From Chiloscyllium plagiosum (Eukaryota), in contig NC_057750.1 of NCBI RefSeq assembly GCF_004010195.1, forward strand, positions 6,969,165 to 6,989,164: a stretch of DNA of 20,000 bases. Direction: 5' to 3'. Below the pieces are notes generated by a model that saw only the letters and a list, made by a program, of their open reading frames with translations, did no database searches and was not told where the DNA came from. The position numbers and the translations under genes were made by a program. Shown in pieces: positions 10,441 to 17,989 of the stretch. Position 1 is the first letter of the stretch. Each line of letters starts with the position of its first letter.

Positions 10441-10750
10441 CATAGAGTCATACAGCATGGAAACAGACTCTTTGGTCCAGTTAGTCCATGCCGACCCTGT
10501 TCCCATACTAAAGTAGTCCTACTTGCCTGTGTTTGGCCCATATTAGTCTAAGCCTTTCCTGTTCATGAACTTATCCAACTGTCTTAAAATGTTGTAACTG
10601 TATCTGCATCCACCACTTCTTTTGGCAGTTCACTCCACACATGAGCCACTTTCTGTGTAAAAAAAAGTTGCCACTTATGTCCTTTTTAAACCTTTTCTCT
10701 CCCACTTTAAAAATATGCCCTCCTGTTTTGAACTCCCCCCATCTTGAAAT
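10440..10750 (-). mobile_element. HER1/CR1 LINE 3' end
   Basis: Reverse complement of 7830-8147. Tail ACATAGAGTCATACAGCATGGAAACAG. Confidence 0.9.
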
Positions 10751-11571
10751 GTGACCAAATGAGTATGGGGTCATGCTTGCAACCTGATCTAAGGTGTTCC
10801 ACGGACTGCATTTTAACTACCCAGTGTAAAGGATATCACCTGATGGACAGTGAACACAGTACACTTAAGTGAAATAAGTGTGTGTAAATTGCTGCTTCGC
10901 TTGGGAGATGTATCATAGTACTGACTTCTACAGCTGGTAAGTTCACAAACAGAATTAATGCAAGACAGTCCCCCAGAAATGGAGGAGAGAGGTGGTATAT
11001 CAGAATTCAGCATGCTGGGCTGTCATTGAACAGTTTTGATTTGATCTGTATCAGTTTTGCGCTGATGCAGGCATGACAGTAAAAGTGTGAATTTTCTTCC
11101 AAGTGTCGCAAACCTGTCGAAATCCTTCCACCCCATCTTTTCCACCACTAGCTAAAGTTTGTTTTACAAGTCTCAGGCATTATTGAACCCCTGTTTCTCA
11201 GTTTTGCTTTTCGTAGAATGAAATTAACTTTCCTCTGGTAGCCTACAGGTGAAAGTCTTGTTATATTTCTTTGTGGAATTTTAAGACTGTCCTTAAACCA
11301 TTTGTTTATCTGTTGGGGTAACAGTGGAAAATAACCTTTCTTCTGTCCTACTCTTCAGCTTTCATTCCATGGGAACTCCCTCCCTAAAAGCACTGGGGAT
11401 GTACTTACATCTCATGGAATACAGCGGTTCAGGAAGGTGGCTCAACTCTGAAATAGCTTCACAGAGGCCAGTATCCATCACCATTTATTTACACATGGAG
11501 AGTCCTTTACACTGATTCAGCTTCCTCAGAGCCAGCTCTTAGAATGAACAGAACCTCCAACACTTCTGTTT

Positions 11572-11831
11572 TTTTGTAATCTTCCCTCACCCCCCACTAC
11601 TGCCTGACAGGGGTAGTGTTTATTTTTCCCCAGCACCCATGTCGTGTGTGTGCAGGTGTCGGACACAGTGAAGAACAACAAGGGTGTAAATCTTTATTTA
11701 TATTCCACCACTAGGAAGAAAGGAAACACCCGAGTGGCCAGTGACAAGCAGTGCCCTTCTCAGAGGGCAATGCTGCATGATCAAACAGTGAAGGGGAGGG
11801 CAGGGATAAAATCAAAATAAAGTTGGAGGGG
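11572..11831 (-). mobile_element. 5'-truncated non-LTR retroelement 3' UTR with short A tail
   Basis: The minus strand has AATAAA twice and ends in an A run. Flanked by AACACTTCTGTTT (11559-11571) and GACAGTCCTGTTT (11832-11844), 10/13 identical. Confidence 0.6.
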
Positions 11832-11944
11832 GACAGTCCTGTTTCTATGTGTCAGCCAAGACTCCCTGTTTGGACCAGGTTAACAACCGAAATAAAGGAA
11901 TTCCTGTTCTGTGAGGTCCATTTGGCTGACCTCGTTCCAATCAC

Positions 11945-12128
11945 CATCCAAGGAACAGGAGAATCGACGTTTCGGGCATAAGCCCTTCTTCAGGAAGGGC
12001 TTTCCTGAAGAAGGGCTTATGCCCGAAATGTCGATTCTCCTGTTCCTTGGATGCTGCCTGACCTGCTGCGCTTTTCCAGCAACACATTTTCAGCTCTGAT
12101 CTCCAGCATCTGCAGTCCTCACTTTCTC
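11945..12128. mobile_element. Young Penelope inverted-terminus insertion with 14-bp TSD
   Basis: 52-bp arms 11945-11996 and 12002-12053 (one mismatch, 5-nt loop). TSD CTCGTTCCAATCAC (11931-11944) and CTCGTTCTAATCAC (12129-12142). Confidence 0.9.
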
Positions 12129-12371
12129 CTCGTTCTAATCACTACAATCACCACCTTCTCAAGGGCAATTAAGGATAGCACAAATGCTGGCCTAGCCAGC
12201 AACATTCACATCCTGTGAACAAATGTTTTAAAGAGTGTAATTTGCTGACTGAATCATGCAAGTCAGAAGGAGTCCATTTAGCCCATTATGCTGTATTAAC
12301 TTAATGGAGACTTTATGTAATTAATTTCTTTCCCCTATTCCTCCCAAGAGACTTGCGAATATTTCCTTTTC

Positions 12372-12739
12372 TTTTCGGTATGCTTGCTTTTATTGGTCAG
12401 TGTACTGAGTAAGGGAGTCGGGAGGTCATTTTGAGGCTGTACAGGACATTGGTTAGGCCAGTTTTAGAATACTGCGTTCAGGTCTGGTCTCCCTTCTAAA
12501 GGAAGGATGTTGTGAAACTTGAAAGGGTTCAGGAAACATTTACAAGGATGTTGCCAGAGTTGGAGGGTTTGAGCTATAGGGAGAGACTGAATAGACTGGG
12601 GCTGTTTTTCCTGGAGCGTCAGAGGCTGAAGGGTGTCCTTATAGAGGTTTATAAAATCATGATGGGCATAGATAGGGTGAATAGCCAAGGTCTTTTCCCC
12701 AGGGTAGCTGAGTCCAAAGCTAGAGGGCATAGGTTTAAG
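12372..12739 (+). mobile_element. Internal HER1/CR1 ORF2 fragment lacking both ends, inserted into an older CR1 tail
   Basis: ORF 12512 LERVQETFTRMLPELEGLSYRERLNRLGLFFLERQRLKGVLIEVYKIM...ARGHRFK. Direct repeat GCGAATATTTC at 12355-12365 and 12740-12750. Confidence 0.85.
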
Positions 12740-13159
12740 GCGAATATTTCTTTCTCAAGTATATATCTAATTTCCTTTTGGACTTTACTGTTAAATCTGC
12801 TTCAACCACCCTTTCAGGCAATGCATTCCAGACAAATTATCCCTATCTCTCCTCTGGTTCACCTACCAAACTAATGTAGCCTTGTATCGAATGTCACATA
12901 AGGAAAAGAAAATGTAGTTTGTGAGTAAAGACAGATCATTTGTTCTCTGTCTGACTTTCTAGTGGTTATTATGAAAATTGTGCAAACTAGAGCACTAACT
13001 TATATACTGGGTGTACAAAAATGGGAACAAGATATTGGACATAACTAGTTAATGAAGCATTGAGAACCTTTTTCACTTTCACTTTGCAATTCTATTCCAC
13101 TCCTTCACTACTGAAGCTGCTGATTATATACTGACACATGAATGGGAGGCAAACAGGGG

Positions 13160-13257
13160 GATTGAAACTGTGTCTGGGCAGTAAGTAGTAGGTCTAAATA
13201 AGGAATGGAATCGGCGCAGGCTTGGTGGGCCGAAGGGCATGTTCCTGTGCTGTACTG
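13160..13257 (+). mobile_element. CR1/HER1 3' tail
   Basis: ATCGGCGCAGGCTTGGTGGGCCGAAGGGCATGTTCCTGTGCTGTA terminal motif. Confidence 0.75.
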
Positions 13258-13970
13258 AATTGTAATTATTGTGACAGTATGGTACTTGTGTTAGTCTGGA
13301 TGGTTTTTTATGTAATGGTTGCCCAGATGTGAGCTGACAGGCTTTTGAATATGGTGATCAAGAGGTGGGGAGCATGGCAGTTGGAGAGGGCAGGAGACAT
13401 CACAGTCAAGTCCAGTCCTGTCCTTGCCTGATGCCTGAATACCCTCACAACATCCAGAAATGGATATAACAGAAGTGGGAATAATGAGACCATCTCAGTT
13501 ACTTAGATTATATCAGTCATACAACGCAGAAACAGGCCATTCAACCAGCCCGTTCTGGTGTTTTTGTACATTCTCCCATCCTTCCTTAGCCCACTTCATT
13601 GACATAACTTTTATTATAGTCTTCCTCATACGTTTGTCCATTTTTTTCTAAAATGCATCTACGCTATATTATTCGAATCAGTGACTCTTTATAAGCAACA
13701 GGTTCTGCATTCCCCTTTGAAATTACCTAATTATATCCTGTACTTGAGGTCTTTCTGGTCATTGTGACTCACTGGCCATTCCAATACTTCTAGCCATTAA
13801 GCCATTAGCTCTCCTTTAAAGGATTTATAAGCATTGTGTTGTTTTCCTGAAATTTACCTTGATTGTGTTCCTCCACCTTGGAGGTCTTTGTTACTAATGA
13901 TGGTTCTTAAGCACCATCATTACTGTCTTTGCTTCCTTGATGAACTCTTTTATATGTTAACTAACTGCAG

Positions 13971-14101
13971 GATCGGGACTTTGAACAAAATATGGAGATC
14001 CCAGCAAGAAGGGATGGCATGGCTTTGAATTATAGAGATCTGCTGATCCCGGATAGCCAGAAAATTAAACTGTCACCTTTGCAGCATCGAAGAAAACAAA
14101 G
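13971..14101 (+). CDS. Candidate exon B: DRDFEQNMEIPARRDGMALNYRDLLIPDSQKIKLSPLQHRRKQ(R), phase 0 to phase 2
   Basis: Acceptor CTAACTGCAG with pyrimidine-rich sequence upstream (weak tract next to the AG), donor AAG|GTAAAA, 131 nt open in phase 0, compatible with exon A. Contains LNYRDL. Confidence 0.45.
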
Positions 14102-14121
14102 GTAAAATATTCGGGTCAGAA

Positions 14122-14273
14122 TGTGGCAAAACAAAAATGTTGCGTGAACAATACAAACCATTAATGGTACACAGAATTGACTAGCAACAGGGCAAGCAAG
14201 AAATAACCCATGAATTGCGAGATGTTTAATGTGCCTATGCCATCTGCCTCTCAAGAAGTGCATTTCATCCTTA
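14122..14273. repeat. 152-bp local duplicate, copy 1
   Basis: Ungapped alignment to 16021-16172, 20 mismatches in 152 (87%) by hand count. Confidence 0.95.
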
Positions 14274-14427
14274 ACCACCTCATCAGCTTCATGAAGGTAC
14301 TGTATTTGTACATTAGTAACCTATTAAATTTGACGTCAAAATCAAATCTGACTAGAGCTCACAGTGTTCCTACCTGTGAGCCAAAAGGCCTGGGTTCAAG
14401 TTTCATCTGCTTCAGAAGTGTATAATA

Positions 14428-14630
14428 ACTATAAGACTGTAAAATATAGGAGTAACATTAGGCCATTCAGCCCAGCCAATCTGCTCTGCCATTCAATCAT
14501 GTCTGATATGTATCTCACCCCAATTCTCCTGCCTTTTCTCCGTAACCTTTGATCCATTCATTAATCAAGAATCTATCTATCTCTGTCTTCAAAACATTTA
14601 GTGACTTGACCTGCACAGACTTCTGTGGCA
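14428..14630 (-). mobile_element. CR1 3' tail
   Basis: ATAGGAGT...TAGGCCATTCAGCCC...CTGCTCTGCCATTCAAT...CTGCCTTTTCTCCGTAACCTTTGAT, the antisense CR1 terminus. Confidence 0.75.
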
Positions 14631-14764
14631 ATCAGGCAAAAAACACACCTGAACAGGTTGATTCAAAAATATCTAGAAAATGAAGTCTAAAATTTGTAAC
14701 AGAAGTAGGCTTTTAACATTGTGATAATTGTTAACAGCCACTAATTATTGTCTGTGGTCCAACA

Positions 14765-15425
14765 AGTCAATGGTGAGTGGATGTCATTGGACGAGTAATC
14801 CAGAACACCTGGTCACAGTCCTTGGAACACAGATTTGAATCCCACAATGGCAGATGGTGACATTTCAATTCAATAAAAAAAAGACTGGAATAAAGATCTG
14901 GCCTGATGGTAACTATATTGTTATGATTGTCACAAAAAACACCCACTAATGCCCCTTAGGAAAGGAAATCTAATATCCTTACCTGGCCTGACCTTTATGT
15001 GACTCAGGTAGTTGTCTCCTAACGTCTGTCTGTGCAACTCATTCCTTCACGGGTTGAGGGTGTTGCTTGCCAGGTCAACATTTATTGCCCAGTCAACCCC
15101 ATTGCTGTGGGTCTGGAGTCACATGTCAGCCAGACCAGGTAAGGATGGCAGTTTCCTTCCCTAAAGTACATTAATGAATAAGATGTGCCTTCTCAGCAGT
15201 TGAGAATGGATTCATAGTCATCAGTAGACTCTTAATTTTAGATTTTTATTGAATTTACAATCCACCACCTGCCACGCAGGGATTTGAACCCGGGTTCCAA
15301 AACATTATGTGGGTCTCTCAATTAAAAGTCTCGTAATGATACCACTAGGCCATCACCTCCTCTGATGGGTAATAAGTGCTGGCTTAGCCAGCCTTGTCCA
15401 TTAGCCATGAATGAGTAATAAAAAC
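14765..15425 (+). mobile_element. tRNA-derived SINE (about 14765-15030 plus tail 15361-15425), interrupted by an antisense copy of the same family
   Basis: B-box-like GATTTGAATCC near 14832. The body is the reverse complement of 15036-15360, and the tail resumes at 15361. Confidence 0.75.
15036..15360 (-). mobile_element. tRNA-derived SINE, near full length
   Basis: Minus strand GGAGGTGATGGCCTAGTGG (A box) and GGGTTCAAATCCC (B box). Matches 1-166. Confidence 0.85.
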
Positions 15426-15432
15426 ACGGAGG

Positions 15433-15597
15433 AGCAAATTACTACAGATGTTGGAATCTGTACTGAAAACAACAAATGCTGGACATCACAGTGGGTCAGG
15501 CAGCATTCATGGAAAGAGAGCAAGCTAATGTTTCACATCTAGTTGACTCTTCCTCAAAGCTCTTACAAAGAGTCCTCTAGACGTGAAACGTTAGCTT
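15433..15597. mobile_element. Short Penelope-type terminus with 30-bp inverted repeat
   Basis: CAGATGTTGGAATCTG...AAATGCTGGA...GGTCAGGCAGCAT resembles the PLE terminus. Arms at 15522-15551 and 15568-15597. Confidence 0.7.
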
Positions 15598-15756
15598 TAA
15601 AAACATGTTTTCTCATTCCTTCATGTATTAAATTATAAAAGATATTAAGCATAAATGTTAATATTGCTATCCTTTCTCTTTCAATCTAATCTTTCTTTCA
15701 CTTTTTGTACATGATTTGACATTGAGAACACCACAATAATTTATTCTCTTTGTCAG

Positions 15757-15799
15757 GTCGACCTCAGCTTACTACTCAACCCTTCAATCTTTTGATTAA
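15757..15799 (+). CDS. Candidate terminal exon C: (R)STSAYYSTLQSFD*, phase 2
   Basis: Strong acceptor TTTATTCTCTTTGTCAG, phase compatible with exon B, TAA at 15797-15799. An AATAAA lies downstream at 16572. Confidence 0.4.
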
Positions 15800-16020
15800 A
15801 GACACAGATCTTTGGTAACCAAGGTCCCAAATGCTCATTGCCCTCAAGGTACTGTGAGCAACTTGCACTTTCAGAAACTTAAAACCTTTGAGATGAAAAG
15901 GACAGAAAACTGCCCAACTTGAGGGGATGCCATTGGAGGTCTCAGTCTAGGAAATCCATGCCCTGTGCACAAACTGTAGAATGATGTAGGTTTACCACTG
16001 TAACATAAAGGCTTTCAAAC

Positions 16021-16172
16021 TGTGGCAAAACAAAAATGATGCATGAATGATACAAACGTTTATTAATATACAGAATTGACTAGCAACAGGACAAGGAAGA
16101 AATAACCCATGAATTGCGATATGATTAGCGTGTCGATGCCATCTGCTTCTCAAGAACTGCATTTCATCCTTA
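16021..16172. repeat. 152-bp local duplicate, copy 2
   Basis: Aligns to 14122-14273 at an offset of 1899 bp. Confidence 0.95.
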
Positions 16173-16644
16173 GACCCTTAGAAGTTGTGCAGTGGGAGCC
16201 CCTGGAGCGAGCTCAGTTCCAGTGCCTAGAAATGAATACAGGTTGTACCAAGAGATAAGCAATTGTGTGAATTATCCCTTTAGTTTTGTGGCAGGGTCCA
16301 CTGATTTTAAAATAAGTGATTCAATGCTTACATCACATAAAGAGCCAAAACCCATCACAATGATCAATCTCAGATCATATCAATAACAGTAATTTACATT
16401 TTCCTTCCTTCTATATTTGTGTCTGCCTAATAATAACCTTTCAGAAACTGATTCGGCTTTTCATTACAATACCAGTATGTCAGTGTCTGTAGTGGCAGTG
16501 TGCCAGCAAACTGTACAGGTGCACAGCAACACAGAAGCCTGAAAGTGCCACAAATGCTTTGTTACGTGAGAAATAAACATATGTCCCCAACGACAGACAA
16601 ATATTTAAAAGGGCTGCACAGTGGGAAAAAAAAGTGAACATCAG

Positions 16645-17057
16645 CCAGTATTTGTAGGGTATATATGTATGTGTCAGCATTTTCAGCAGCTTTCTCGACA
16701 TTCCACTTTTTGTAGGGATCCCTACCCATGTTGGTATTTGTAAGGCATCCCTGCGTGTGTCAGTATTTGTCTGACATTCCTCTGTCATTATTTGCAGGAC
16801 CTAACTAGGTGTGTCTGTATTTGCAGGAACTCCATGAAATCTGTCAGTATTTACAGGGATTCCTGGGTGTGTTGGTATGTGTAGGGTATTTTCCCCAACC
16901 CCAATGTATACTCCATTTGCAAGGGTTCCTGGTGTGGGTGTCAATATTTGTAAGACACCTTCCCACTTGTCAGAATTTGCAGGAATTCCCTGCCGGTGTC
17001 AGAATTTTCAGGGCATCTTTCTGAGTATTAGCATTTTCAGGAGCTCCCTGAGTGTAT
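16645..17057. repeat. Degenerate ~29-bp tandem repeat (old flank of the satellite)
   Basis: CAGTATTTG(C/T)AGG-like cores recur every ~25-30 bp with divergent linkers. Confidence 0.75.
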
Positions 17058-17893
17058 CAGTATTTGCAGGATTTCCCTGCGCTGTCAATATTCATAGGGC
17101 ATCCCTGTGTGTATTTGCAGGGTTTCCCTGCGCTGTCAGTGTTTATAGGGGATCCCTGTGTGTATTTGCAGGGTTTCCGTGCGCTGTCAGTGTTTATAGG
17201 GCATCCCTGTGTGTATTTGCAGGGTTTCCCTGCGCTGTCCGTGTTTATAGGGCATCCCTGTGTGTACTTGCAGGGTTTCCGTGCGCTGTCAGTATTTATA
17301 GGGCATCGCTGTGTGAATTTGCAGGGTTTCCCTGCGCTGTCCGTGTTTATAGGGCATCACTGTGTGTATTTGCAGGGTTTCCGTGCGCTGTCAGTATTTA
17401 TAGGGCATCGCTGTGTGAATTTGCAGGGTTTCCCTGCGCTGTCAGTATTTATAGGGCATCGCTGTGTGTATTTGCAGGGTTTCCCTGCGCTGTCAGTATT
17501 TATAGGGCATCCCTGTGTGTATTTGCAGGGTTTCCCTGCGCTGTCAGTATTTATATGGCATCCCTGTGTGTATTTGCAGGGTTTCCCTGCACTGTCAGTA
17601 TTTATAGGGCATCCCTGTGTGTATTTGCAGGGTTTCCCTGTACTGTCAGTATTTATAGGGCATCCCAGTGTGTATTTGCAGGGTTTCCGTGCGCTGTCAG
17701 TATTTATAGGGCATCGCTGTGTGTATTTGTAGGATTTCCCTGAGCTGTCAGTATTCATAGGGCATGCCTGTGTGTATTTGCAGGGCTTCCCTGAGCTGTC
17801 AGTATTTATAGGGCATCCCTGTGTGTATTTGTAGGATTTCCCTGAGCAGTCAGTATTTACAGGGCATCCCTGTGTGTATTTGCAGGAGTTTCC
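17058..17893. repeat. 51-bp minisatellite, about 16 copies
   Basis: Unit GTCAGTATTTATAGGGCATCCCTGTGTGTATTTGCAGGGTTTCCCTGCGCT. It produces the 17-aa periodic ORFs in the track. Confidence 0.97.
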
Positions 17894-17989
17894 TACATAT
17901 GTCCATACTTCCAGCAGGCTGTGACACTAGTTTCTATGTATTTCTGCAAATATCAATATGAGTAGGGGATTCCTAGGTAGGTAAAGATT

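Larger units (their letters stand above)
11449..12146 (-). mobile_element. Short solo LTR carrying two nested insertions
   Basis: Minus strand starts TGTAGTGATT and ends TATTTCA. It interrupts a recognisable element, with decayed 5-bp flanks AACTC/ATCAC. About 230 bp remain after removing the nested inserts and their TSDs. Confidence 0.65.
11368..12230 (+). mobile_element. LINE 3' end sharing its tail with the tRNA-SINE family; halves at about 11368-11448 and 12147-12230 are split by an LTR
   Basis: GGAACTCCCTCCCTAA...CAGCGGTTCAGGAAGGTGGCTCA rejoins CACCACCTTCTCAAGGGCAATTAAGGAT...AAATGCTGGCCTAGCCAGC. The same tail is at 15361-15425. Confidence 0.65.

Noticed and set aside
10825..10942. Strong plus donor CTG|GTAAGT at 10937 as an extra exon between A and B
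   Set aside because: The nearby acceptors I tried give stops or the wrong phase, apart from an implausible 3-nt microexon.
14030..14278. Minus-strand ORF open through both copies of the 152-bp duplicate
   Set aside because: Substitutions are mostly non-synonymous (10 first, 3 second, 7 third position by hand count), copy 2 has an in-frame TAA just upstream, and I recognise no protein. Not fully excluded.
14116..14286. snoRNA or SECIS interpretation of the duplicate (minus-strand TGATGA...CTGA, terminal ACA, ATGA...GA)
   Set aside because: The C/D-like boxes are absent from copy 2, no hairpin precedes the ACA, and the SECIS GA is missing in copy 1.
16877..17758. Long ORFs (288, 226 and 133 aa) with a 17-aa repeat
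   Set aside because: The 51-bp unit is a multiple of 3 and stop-free in several frames on both strands, so the ORFs follow from the minisatellite. There is no independent sign of a gene.
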